This document shows positions 40,607-52,869 of a stretch of DNA of 64,000 nt, one piece after another. Source of the stretch: Octopus vulgaris (lineage: Eukaryota); assembly GCA_951406725.2 (NCBI GenBank), contig OX597818.1, positions 61,752,001 to 61,816,000 of the forward strand, written 5' to 3'. The stretch's first letter is position 1. Each line of letters opens with the position of its first letter. The notes beneath the pieces were generated by a model. It ran no database searches, was not told where the DNA came from, and saw only the letters and a program-made list of their open reading frames with translations. Both the position numbers and the translations under genes were made by a program.

Positions 40607-41087
40607 AGTTTTAATGTCTATTTTTCCATGTTTGCATAATAAATCTGACAGAATTCATAACAAGAGATTTTCCTACAGTTGGATGCTCATCCTGTCACCA
40701 ACACCAACTCGCTCCTGTTTCCAAGCAAGCCAAAATCTCTCCCCTCATCCTAACATGCACCAAATGTTATCACTGCTTATATTTCTTGAGTCCAATGAAT
40801 AAAATATCGCTAGAATATTTAGATTTCTTGGAGAATCGCGACTATGGGTATATCAAGAACAGACACCAGGTCACCATACTTTCTGGACAAAACACAACAA
40901 AATGTCTTCCTCAGAAGTTTTATCTGCACTGACACATATTGGAATAACTGACCTGTGTCATTGTCTGTAACGTGACATTCAAAGAGAATGATGACCACCT
41001 CCACTGTTTGTTGTAGCATAGCATGTGATATACTGTATTAGATGCCAGTTTTCCCTTTATGACTCTCCCCTAACACTTTCAGCGGTT

Positions 41088-41380
41088 ATAATCCTTACAA
41101 TTATTACACTCTAATAATTGTCATAATTATTTCTTGTGATCCTTACAATTATTACACTCTTATGATTATTATAATTATTTGCTGTGATCCTTACAATACA
41201 TTCATTATGATCCTTACAATTATTACACTCTTATGATTGTTATAATTATTTGCTGTAATCATTACAACAATACATTTATTACAATGATCCTTACAATTAA
41301 TGCAGCTATAATCCTCACAAGTATTACATTACAGTTATGATGATCCTTACGATTATTACAGTTATTATGATCCTTACACT
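41088..41380. repeat. Degenerate minisatellite built on GATCCTTACAATTATTACA
   Basis: Motif recurs about 8 times at variable spacing. Confidence 0.8.
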
Positions 41381-41399
41381 GGCCCTTTTATAGTTCATC

Positions 41400-41900
41400 A
41401 TACTTGAGTTTGTAGCTCCTGATAATTCTGTTTAAACACCAGTCATTGATGATATCTTCAATAGCTCTGTTTCATATTCAAACCCGAATCCTTCAGCAAA
41501 TTAGGGAATTAATTTTGAAAATCCCACAATTCTCCAAAACAAAACTCCTAAATGCCTTACACATGCCAATTCCTGAATAATCTCTTTGGCCAATCCGTTT
41601 TGTAATTCTTTATCATGATGAGAGTAAATACTACCCCTCCCCCTCTAACCAGTCCCTGTCTTTCATCTTCATAACCTCGTACTGAAAATATACCTCAATT
41701 ATTCTTACGCCACTCCTTTCTCAGTGAATTCTTGGTTTTTCCTGAAACGAGGATATGTAACATTCAAACAGATTCACACTGTTTCGCAAGATATTGAATG
41801 CTTTCTTGTTTCTCCTTCTTCGGCCACAAAATTAATCTAGTTTAAACTTTATGTTCAACCTTCAGATTTAATTCCATTTTACTTTCTTCTAAACTTTCTA
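41400..41900 (-). mobile_element. Possible highly decayed LINE APE-endonuclease region
   Basis: Frameshifted FQE...KDR...RGGGVVF motifs on the minus strand. Confidence 0.3.
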
Positions 41901-42105
41901 AGCCATTGTTTTATTGTGTAATCTAGTAATTAATCTACCTCGACTGCCTAATCTTTTAATGTAAATCTTGATTTAAAATCACTTCTCTATTCAAATGTGC
42001 ACCATTTTCTTGTATGAAACCAGAAAATGGCGTCACAAGGGGTTGGTTTCTTATTTTGTGCATCTTCTTCTGAATGATATTCTTCCACTCTCACAGCTTC
42101 TAACC

Positions 42106-42517
42106 TATTTCTTTACTACCCATAAGGGGCTAAGCACAGAGAGGACAAACAAGGACAGACAAAGAGATTAAGTCGATTATTTTGACCTCAGTGCGTAACT
42201 GGTACTTATTTAATCGACCCCGAAAGGATGAAAGGCAAAGTCGACCTCGACGGAATTTGAACTCAGAGTGTAACGGCAGACGAAATACCTATTTCTTTGC
42301 TACCCACAAGGGGCTAAACACAGAGGGGACAAACAAGGACAGACAAACGGATTAAGTTGATTATATCGATCCCAGCGCATACCTGGTACTTATTTAATCA
42401 ACCCCGAAAGGACGAAAGGCAAAGTCGACCTCGACAGAATTTGAACTCAGAACGTAACGGCAGACGAAATACCACTAAGCATTTCGCCTGGCATGCTAAC
42501 ATTTCAGCCAGCTCACC
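42106..42517 (-). mobile_element. SINE B tandem dimer
   Basis: Junction cgaaatacctatttc at ~42281-42295. Confidence 0.9.
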
Positions 42518-42605
42518 AAAAGTGGCTTATCAATGCTTAGTTCTTCATTACTGACTTTCTCAAAGAAGAACAGTCTGACTTGAAGGTAATGTATTTTTCA
42601 CTTAC

Positions 42606-42699
42606 CAAGCATTTTTTTTTTTGTTTTAGCTCCATGTCACAGCACAGTATTCACCAAGAGGAAGTTTTTAATAAGTTCTATGATTTTAAAATTGTTAAA
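42606..42699 (-). other. Candidate 94-nt exon (may contain start MELKQKKKCL)
   Basis: Acceptor ttttcttctaaatgctttcag; donor TTG|GTAAGT; stops in all three frames upstream of the ATG. Confidence 0.27.
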
Positions 42700-43807
42700 C
42701 TGAAAGCATTTAGAAGAAAACACTTTACACTGAGATTACCTAATCACTCTGACTGTTTTCTTAACTATAAAATAAGAATAGGTCACTACATCAGGCCTAT
42801 CATCTCTGAAGAATTAACAAGAGATTTTTCTGATTAATGTTATATTGGTGAATTAACTGATTCCGCTACTAGTGCAATCTTAATGGTTGAAATGGTAGAA
42901 AAACATCAAAAACAAATTTTAAAAACAAAAAGATTTATTTTTCAATTACTAATATAATAAAAAGAAAACGTGAATAAATACAAAAATATATATTACCTAA
43001 AAGAATAGCCATTAAATTGGATTTTACAGATAATTGCAAATCAAGATTTTTAAGAAGGATAATGAATTATCTGACCTGTCTTAGAAGATGTTATCTGGCA
43101 TGATATACGATACAAATAAATTGGTTTCTGCTTAAACGAAAGGAGAAATCAAAAGACTATGCAGGCCTTTTAACTGACGAAATTCCTGTTCAGTTTCCAA
43201 ATAAAAAGAAAATACTCAAGCTGTAAAAACAAAGAAATGAATAAATTCTATAGACTATAAATTCTACAGACTATAAACGCCTCTTAAACATGGAAGTGAA
43301 GATGTTCTTTTTGGTTTGTCTATTCATTAAGGCATATGTGATGTTTTTTTCCTTCTTTTTATGGCTTATATTTTTCTAATGCTGCCATTTTCTTGAAAGT
43401 TGTGTAAGTAAGTGGACATTTCCATAGAAATTAGTTGAGTGCAATGTGTCAACTAGAAATAAACAGTGACAGGAAAGAGTTTCCTACAAGCAGACATATG
43501 TGAAACAACACCCACAGCTTTTTTAGAACAGCGCTGACAGGAGAAAGAAATGCAACGAAGATTCAGTTACAGGTTGATGCCCTGAAGAATAAAAAAACAG
43601 GCCGGAATTTCCATTAACTGGTCACCATTCTCATCCCAGACATGCAACCATATTTCTTCCCACCAACTATTTTAGGAGAGATTAGACTTTATATTTGGCC
43701 ATTTTAAAAGTAACTAGATTAGTAAATATTTAGAACATTTGGTTGCAATTTGTAGCATGGTCTTGAACTGTATCAGAGTTCACTCACACTCACGCTCATG
43801 CTCTAAA

Positions 43808-43881
43808 CCCATCTTGTCCTAATTCATTTCTTGTCCTAATCCATTTCTTGTCCTAGCCCATTTCTTGTCCTAACCCATTTC
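43808..43881. repeat. 17-bp tandem repeat x4 (CCCATTTCTTGTCCTAA)
   Basis: Read directly. Confidence 0.9.
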
Positions 43882-43903
43882 TGCTGTAGATAGCACTAGA
43901 CCT

Positions 43904-44386
43904 TCATCATCATCATTGTTCGACCGTGGTTGAGACAATGGAATTTACTATGTTATGCCAGACTTCACAGTCCATCAGAGCATTAAAGAGATCCTGTTGC
44001 TGGATGCCTGTATCCCTGGAGATTACATCAGGGTAGGAGAGTGTGCACCCTCTGGTATCGCGAGCAGATGGCTTCCAGAGGAGAAGAGTAGAAATTACCT
44101 CGTTTTCAGCTCTACAACAATGTCCAGCAAACTGGACTCTCCTACCTTTCACAAGAGATGACACAGGTGGTAATTTCCCATATATTTGTACTTTGGTTGG
44201 ATGACGCTTCCACGAGAGATTTTGAGCTCTCATAAGGAGGCGAGTGTAGGTTCCATCCAACCACCTCTCCAGCTTCTTTGATAACGTCCAGGTTTCTGAG
44301 CCATATAGTAGAATTGATTCGACTGTGGCTTTGAAGATTTTAAGTTTGAAATCTCTACTTAGATTTGATGACCAGATCTTATGCAT
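43904..44386 (-). mobile_element. 5'-truncated RTE-clade LINE, open ORF2 C-terminus
   Basis: ORF 43913-44452: KLKIFKATVESILLYGSETWTL...RRVQFAGHC...W, typical post-RT region of RTE ORF2; (TGA)n tail overlaps the stop. Confidence 0.92.
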
Positions 44387-44754
44387 ACAGAAATAGGCCG
44401 GGCAGTGGAGAGAAATAGCACAGTGTGGGTAGACTGTCTCACTGTACAGCATGTAAGAGTGACTGCTGTATGTCTAAGTGTTGAAGCAGGTCTGCAGCCA
44501 GACGATTATGGTATAGGATAATAGATATGGGAATTGGATCAAGCCATTTGGTGTGCTGCCTGTGAGTCATGCATCTGTTTGATCAGAGTTAACCTGTGGG
44601 TATACAGCAACAGAGCCAGATGTCTCAAGTCTATGAAATAATAACAACAACAACAATAATAATAACAATTTTAAATTTTGGCACAAGGCAAGCAATTTCG
44701 AGTGATGGGATAAACCAATTACATTGACCCCCCACCCAGTGTTCAGCTATGGGG

Positions 44755-44865
44755 CTGTAAACACATGAATACCAATTGTCAAGCAGCAGTGGGGAACAAA
44801 CACAAACACACACACACATGCATGCACACACACACATGCACACACACACATGCACACACACACAT

Positions 44866-44905
<40 letters not shown>

Positions 44906-45053
44906 ACGATGGGCTTCTTTCAGTTTCTGCCTACCAAATCCACGAACATGACTTTGATCAGCTCAAGGCTGTAGTAGAAGACACTTGCCCAAAATGCCAC
45001 TCAGTGAGATTGAACCTGAAACCACATGGTTGAAAGCAAACTTCTTACCACAC
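44755..45053 (-). mobile_element. Degenerate SINE A
   Basis: Family match. Confidence 0.75.
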
Positions 45054-45534
45054 AAAGGCTGCTTATTTCAACAGAGATATTACAATGAAGGGGGTTAATC
45101 CAATAGCTTTCACCCTTGATCATCTCTTTTAGTATATCCTGGAATTAAATTGCCCTCAGCACCATTTCCTTGTATTCAAAACAGTGATTTGAAGAACATG
45201 TCACTACTATTTCTAGCAGGTTGATTGACTCACTGGGCAGCAGTGTGCAGCTTCTAAGTTGAGAGGTACAAAGTGACAGTTACTGCAGCAACAATGCAAG
45301 CAGAGAGCAGTAAACACACATATCGGTCAGTGATTGCAGAATGCGATGGCGAACGAATATGTCAATCAACAGGATGACCCATTTATTAAGAAGTGTGGTC
45401 TACAATGATTCCTTGTGTTATAGTAGTAGCAGTAGTAACAGCAGCAGTATTTCTGATATGTAAACATCATTCTTAGCATGGCTTGCATTTGAACTTTGCA
45501 AAGGTGCTTGCTATGATTAGAACTAAAATATTTT

Positions 45535-46508
45535 CTATTTCTTTACTACCCACAAAAGGCTAAACACAGAGGGGACAAACAAAGACAGACAAATGGATTA
45601 AGTCGATTACATCGACCCCAGTGCGTAACTGGTACTTATTTCTTTACTACCCACAAGGGGTTAAGCACAGAGAGGACAAATGGATTAAGTCGATTATATC
45701 GACCCCAGTGCGTAACTGGTACTTATTTAATTGACCCCGAAAGGATGAAAGGCAAATTCGACCTCTGCGGAATTTGAACTCAGGACGTAGCGGCAGACGA
45801 AATACCTATTTCTTTACTACCCACAAGGGCCTAAACACAGAAGGGACAAACAAGGACAGACAAACAGATAAAGTCGATTACATTCACCCCAGTGCGTAAC
45901 TGGTACTTATTTAATCGACCCTGAAAGGATGAAAGGCAAAGTCGACCTCGGCAGAATTTGAACTCAGAACGTAGCGGCAGGCGAAATACCTATTTCTTTA
46001 CTACCCACAAGGAGCTAAACACAGAGAGGACAAACAAGGACAGACAAACGGATTGAGTCGATTACATCGACCCCAGTGTGTAACTGGTACTTTATTTATC
46101 GACCTGAAAGGATGAAAGGCAAATTCGACCTTGACGGAATTTGAACTCAGAACGTAGCGGCAGGCGAAATACCTATTATTTTACTACCCACAAGGGGCCA
46201 AACACAGAGCGAACAAACAAGGACAGACAAACAGATTAAGTTGATTATATCAACGCCAGTGTGTAACTGGTATTTATTTAATCAACCCCCGAAAGGATGA
46301 AAGGCAAAGTCGACCTCGGCAGAATTTGAACTCAGAATGTAGCGGCAGGCGAAATACCTATTTCTTTATAACCCACAAGGGGCTAAAAAACATAGAGGAG
46401 ACAAACAGGCAAAGTCGACCTCGGCAGAATTTGAACTGACTGTAGCGGCAGACGAAATACCGCTAAGCATTTCACCCGGCATGCTAACGATTCTGCCGGC
46501 TTACCGCT
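45535..46508 (-). mobile_element. SINE B tandem array, six units (three complete ~184-bp bodies)
   Basis: Unit boundaries at ~45636, 45807, 45991, 46174 and 46359; only the unit at 46359-46508 has the head. Confidence 0.92.
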
Positions 46509-46862
46509 TTGGAGCAAATATATTTTCAGGCCCAGAGTAGCAAGCCTACACATTTTAAAATGACAGGCAACCAGTCCTGCACATAAAAGAGTTAAACATG
46601 ATTATATTCATGCATCTAAGTCTATGACATAATGACAATTGTCTAACTCCTACTACAAGATATTCCTCCCAGCCTCATCACATGAATCACTTCTCATCCT
46701 ATGTCACTTGCACATCATACCTTTTCTTATACCATCCGTCCCTCTCTTCAGAAGCATCCTCCTTCATAATTTACATCTCATTTGTCACATCCCTTGCTGT
46801 CTGTGATTACCTTCTCATCTATTCCCTACGTGTGTGCATGCGTATGTGTGTGTGTGTGCGTG

Positions 46863-46905
<43 letters not shown>

Positions 46906-47049
46906 GGGGATAGATAGAAGTCATATGCTGTTATTCTGTGTGTGTGACAAACGTTAGGGAAAGAGACAGAGAGGGATATAGACTGTGAGAGAGAGAACCT
47001 GAAATGCCTATACACCTAAGAATATCTACCTACATGTTAATATGAAGAA

Positions 47050-47078
47050 ATACACACACACACACACACATATATGTG

Positions 47079-47109
<31 letters not shown>

Positions 47110-47216
47110 ATATATATATATGTATTTATATATGTGTATGTATATATGTATTTATATATGTCTATATATATGTATTTATATGTCTATATATATGTATTTA
47201 TATGTCTATATATATG

Positions 47217-47281
<65 letters not shown>

Positions 47282-47354
47282 TTATATATGTGTATTTATA
47301 TGTGTATATATATATGTATTTATATATATATATATGTGTGTGTGTGTATATATG

Positions 47355-47419
<65 letters not shown>

Positions 47420-47461
47420 TTGTGTGTATGTATATATATATATGCATATATGAGAGAGAGA

Positions 47462-47494
<33 letters not shown>

Positions 47495-47495
47495 T
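47050..47495. repeat. Compound (CA)/(TA)/(TG)/(GA) microsatellite
   Basis: Read directly. Confidence 0.95.
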
Positions 47496-49302
47496 GTGTC
47501 ATATGTAAGAATATAATTGTGTAAGTAATATACAATTGAGTTTCGGAAAGAAGATATATCAATATATAAAATGAAAATGAGAGATAAAAAAAAAAGAAAT
47601 TAAAAAAAAAAAAGATTGCCCTGAGGGCCACTGCTTTGGAGATGGCTTTTTCTTCTAGTGTTATGTAAAGAAGTCAGCATGGAATATCAGCAGATATTGT
47701 GAGGCTGAGCAGTTGTAGCATCTGTAAGGCTTTTAGTAGAATATTGCATATATGTATATGGAGTATGTAATGTCAGAATAGCTCCTAAATATTGGTTGTA
47801 ATTATATCTGTTGAAGGAGAATGTGTGATCACGTTATCATTGGATAATATTTCAAGGCTTTTGTCCATAGAGGTGAGGGTTGTGGTGGTGGTGAAGGGGA
47901 ATGTGTGCGTGGGGGAGTCCAGATTGCGTGTGGATGAAGCCTGGATAGGAAAGGTTAAATAGTAGTGCTTGCTGTTTAGAGAGAGAGGAGGAGAGAAAGG
48001 AAAAGAGGGAGAGAGAGAGAGAGAGAGGGTAGAAAGGAAAAGGAAAAAGAGAAAGAGAGAGAGAAAGAGAGATGAATACTGGTTTAGTGCAGTACATGAG
48101 ATATGACAAATGTTGATTTGGTTCTACATGAAAGCTAGAGACAGGTTTTGGTGATTCAGTATTACATGTCAGAGATATGGAAGGTGTTGGTTTAAATCCG
48201 GTGGGAGAAAAAACACGAATGTAATGCTAAACGAGAGAAAAGTTTCTAAAGCAAAAAAAAACCAACAAAAAAAAACAAAAAAGAAAGAACAAAATAAAGA
48301 GAAAAAATAAAATCACGAAAAGTTGAATGCTGTGAGTGTTATACATTAGTTGGAATATCTTTTTACTGAATGAGGCAAACACGAGAATGGTAGATAAGAT
48401 AGAAAACTAAAATTATATCTGAATTCTTCACAGCAATTTAGGATGAGAATGATTTGGAAAAGAAAATGAAGTCTTATTAATTTGATGCAACGAGAAAAGT
48501 ATTACAAAATGATTCTCAAGTTTTGAAGAAATAACAGAATTAATATTTTAGAGTAAAGCATCAATCATAAATATTTCCATTTGAGAATTGATAAATTAGT
48601 TACTGGCGCCATAGTATAATTTTTTCACATCTGGAGTAGAAGAAATTTCTTTGTATTATCTCAAATGTTTGTCATGATCATATGATGTTAAGTAAAGGAC
48701 TGCATTATGGAAGGCAAAAACAATAAACCAGTGGAAGTTTTTTTAACACACCGTACGTCTTTAATTAGTTGTACATCCAACAAACGCGAAATAAAATGTA
48801 TGGCTTCGTACTTTGGCAGAACTAAAATTGGTGAGGACAGCAGAGTAAACAATTCGATACATCATTATATTCCTGATAAGGAGAGAATGGCTTAAATAGT
48901 AATATTTAATAGATATTCATATATATATATATACACATACATACCATATATATACATATATATAATGTGTGTGTTGTGATTAGTGAGCAACAGTGTCACT
49001 GATGACAAGTTTCCAGCAAGCCAAACAATAGTTTATTGCTAATCTGATGGCAAGAGTGACAAGGGAATTTCTAGAACTTCATGCTGGCCAACTATTGTAA
49101 TTCAATCAAACAGCTGTAGTTTTGTTTTTCAGTTTTCTCAACAATATTTACATTCTTTAGATCGGTGACGCAGAAACAGATACATAAAGGGCTTCTGTTC
49201 AGTTTCCATCAATCAAAATCTGCCTCTCGGGCCATTGGTCAGCCTGAGGCCTTAGGAAAGCACAATTGTCCAGTGGATCACACGGCTGGATCAAACTTGG
49301 AA

Positions 49303-49640
49303 TCATCATCATCATCATCATCATCATCATTTAACTTCCGTTTTCCGTGCTAGCATGGGTTGGACGGTTCGACTGGGGTCTGGGAAGCCAGGAGGCTGCA
49401 CCAGGCTCCAGTCTGATCTGGCAGTGTTTCTACAGCTGGATGCCCTTCCTAACGCCAACCACTCCGTGAGTGTAGTGGGTGCTTTTTACGTGCCACCAGC
49501 ACAGGGGCCGGGGGAGACTGGCAAACAGCCATGATCGGTTGGTGCTTTTACATGTCCCCAACACGGACGCCAGTCAGGTGGCGCTGGCATCTGCCACATT
49601 CAGACGGTGCTTTTTACGTGTCACCGGCACGGGTATCTTT
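49303..49640 (-). mobile_element. RTE-type 3' UTR fragment
   Basis: Same terminus and motifs as 5484-6015. Confidence 0.82.
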
Positions 49641-49844
49641 TGGTTCATTATTATTATCATCATCATCGTCATCACTCATCAAAGTCCACATTCCTTGTTG
49701 GCATGGGTTAAATGGTTTGACAGGATCTGATGATGTTGAGGCCTGCATCATGCTCCATTGTCTACTTTGCTATGGTTTCTATGGCTGGACAGTCTCCCTA
49801 ATGCTAACCTATTTACATCAACCATTGAGTGCTTTGTTTTGTGC

Positions 49845-49973
49845 CCCCCAGCCCTTATCAGGTGTTTTGGGGAAATTCAGACCTGGGTTCTTATTCCAAA
49901 GGTATTCTTCTGGAATCGAACTTGGAATCTTGGGGTTAGTAGCCCATGCTCTTAACCATTTCGCCGTATGCCC
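49845..49973 (-). mobile_element. Deleted copy of the hammerhead-tail SINE
   Basis: GGGCATACGGCGAAATGGTTAAGAG...AGTTCGATTCC head fused to AATACCTTTGGAATAAGAACCCAGG...CACCTGATAAGGGCTG. Confidence 0.8.
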
Positions 49974-50029
49974 ATGGTTAAGAGAGCAGGCTACTAACCC
50001 AAGATTCTGACTTTGATTCTATGCAGTGA

Positions 50030-50093
<64 letters not shown>

Positions 50094-50285
50094 AATAACA
50101 ACAACAACAACATTGAAAAATACCTTTGGAATAAGAACCCAGGTCTGAAATTTCACGAAGACACCTGATGAAGGCTGGAGGGTATATCAGCCGAAATGTT
50201 GTGTTAACAACAAACAAGATGAGGACAAATATCCGTCAAATGTAAATAATGTAAATAATTCTTCATCTCTTAAATACAGAACTAT
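49974..50285 (+). mobile_element. tRNA-headed SINE with (AAT)n spacer and hammerhead-bearing tail
   Basis: Colinear with 1651-1968 through the 3' terminus ...CATCTCTTAAATACAGAACT. Confidence 0.82.
50160..50205 (+). ncRNA. Minimal type I hammerhead ribozyme motif (Penelope-like)
   Basis: Stem I GACAC/GTGTT; CTGATGA at 50165-50171 plus one extra A; stem II GGCTG/CAGCC with 10-nt loop; GAAA at 50193-50196; loop-less stem III TG (CG expected); GUU cleavage triplet. Confidence 0.68.
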
Positions 50286-51499
50286 ACATGTTACAACTTG
50301 AACATGTTACATGTAGGAGATATTCCTTCCAACTTACATTAGTGACTCACTCTGTTACATTACCATTATTAAGGTGATAAGCTGGCAGAGTAAAATGCTT
50401 AATGGCATTTTGTCTCTTGCACGTTTTGGGTTCAAATTCTGGCAAAGTCAGCTTTGCTGTTCATACTTTCGGGGTTGATAAATTAAGTACCAGTCATGTA
50501 CTGGGGGTTGATGTAATCAATTTACCCCCTCCTGCAAACTTGCTGGCCTTGTGCCAAAATTTCAATGCATTATTATTATTGTTGTTGTTGTTGTTGTTGC
50601 TATTATTGTTATTAAGGCTGTGGGCTGGAAGAATTGTTAACAAGAAATGATGGTCATGGTTAGAATGTCTTTGATAATATAACAAGTCTACTTTATCAAG
50701 TTTAATATGGGGCTAACAACCATCTCAATAGAGAGAGAAAGAGAGAGAGAGAGTGAGTGAAAATGAAAACAGATAAAGACAAAGAGAGGGAGAGAGAGAG
50801 ACAAACATGGAAAGAATGTAAGAGAGATCAAGAGAGAGAAAGAAAAAGAGAGGAAGAGAGCCAGAGAGAGAGAGAGAGAGAGAGAGCAAGAGAGTGTGAG
50901 AGAGGGAGAGAGAAAGTGAGAGAAGGAGGGAGAGAGAAGGAGGGAGAGAGAAGGAGGGAGAAAACAGATGAAGACAAGGAGAGAGGGAGAGAGACAAAGA
51001 GGGAAAGAATGTAAGAGAGAGCAAGAAAGAGAAAGAAAAAGAGAGGGTGAGAAAGAGACAGAGAAAGAGAGAGAGTGCAAGAGAGGGAGAGCCAGAGAAA
51101 GAGAGAGAGTGCAAGAGAGGGAGAGCCAGAGAGAGAATGCAAGATAATACAAGAGAGGAGGAGAGAGAGAAAGTGAGAGAGAGAGAGAGAGTTTGCAGTA
51201 ATATTTAAGAGGAAGGAATGTTGTAAAGAGCATCCTCGTCTTTGTTCAGATAAGAAACCTGACAAGGAATGGTTTTTGTGTTGAAGAGAGGAGAGAGAGG
51301 AGAGAGATGAGAGACGAGTGTTTGGAAGAATGAATGGGGAAAATTGAAGTCCTCCGAAAGATGCCTCATAAATGAATGGCAGGAAATTGAGGGGATAAAG
51401 AATGCTGTTGAATGATCAAAGCTGAGATAAGGATCTTTAGCTTTTAGCATTTACTCGTTTCACTCACTCAGATTGTGGCCATGCTGGAGCACCACCTTA

Positions 51500-51902
51500 C
51501 TCTCTCTTTTACTCTTTTACTTGTTTCAGTCATTTGACTGCGGCCATGCTGGAGCACCGCCTTTAGTCGAGCAAATTGACCCCGGGACTTATTCTTTGTA
51601 AGCCCAGTACTTATTCTATCGGGCTCTTTTGCCGAACCGCTAAGTTACGGGGACGTAAACACACCAGCATCAGTTGTCAAGTGATGTTGGGGATACAAAC
51701 ACAGACACACAAACACACACATACATATATATATACATATATACGACAGGCTTCTTTCAGTTTCCGTCTACCAAATCCACTCACAAGGCATTGGTCGACC
51801 CGGGGCTATAGCAGAAGACACTTGCCCAAGATGCCACTCAGTGGGACTGAACCCGGAACCATGTGGTTGGTTAGCAAGCTACTTACCACACAGCCACTCC
51901 TG
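51500..51902 (-). mobile_element. Full-length SINE A
   Basis: Family match. Confidence 0.92.
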
Positions 51903-52102
51903 CGCCTATCCTAAAGGATTTCTGTTGAGCAAATCAACCCCGGTTCTTGCCAGGCGAGTGATTTGAACCGTGAGTGTGTTGGAACTGAAGCAATAATGGT
52001 GTGGAAGACACACACGTATTAGCTATTCAAAGACACACGGGGACTTATCTTCTTCTACACAGCAGAATCTTATCAGTGACCAGGTCACACTTGGGGTGCT
52101 GA

Positions 52103-52232
52103 AACCAACCACATGGTTCCGGGTTTCAGTCCCACTGCATGGCACCTTGGGCAAGTGGCTTCTACTATAGCCTTGGGCTGACCAAAGCCTTGTGAGTGGA
52201 TTTGGTAGACAGAAACTGAAAGAAGCCCGTCG

Positions 52233-52275
<43 letters not shown>

Positions 52276-52485
52276 CTGTGTTTGTCCCAACATCGCTTGA
52301 CAACCGATGCTGGTGTTATTACGTCCCCATAACTTAGCGGTTCGGCAAAAGAGACTGATAGAGTCACTGATACGATTCTGCTGTTTAGAAGAAGATAAGT
52401 CCTGGGGTTGATTTGCTCGACTAAAGGCGGTGCTCCAGCATGGCCACAGTCAAATGACTGAAACAAGTAAGGGAGTAAAAGAGTA
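52103..52485 (+). mobile_element. SINE A, slightly 5'-truncated, head-to-head with 51500-51902
   Basis: Family match. Confidence 0.9.
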
Positions 52486-52826
52486 TTCAAGTTAACATTG
52501 TCTGTGTGTGTATGAATGGTTAATACTGCATGCGTATGCGTATGTGTGTGTGATTTAATATCATTTGGGTATCCTCTTTATAACATGCATTTCAAAGCTC
52601 CTCTACAGTTATTGGCTATCATATGCCATCAATCAAAAGGATCACTCCTTTTACTTGATATACATGTGGAACTCCACTGGTGTATACAGACTTCATATGA
52701 AAACATTTCTAATATGAGAAGATGGAATGAACAAGCTTTAACCTGAATCATGGCTTGGATTAAAGCCTGTTTACTCCATCACAAACACGCACGCAATTAT
52801 ATATAGAGAATACGTAGAGAGAGAGT

Positions 52827-52869
<43 letters not shown>

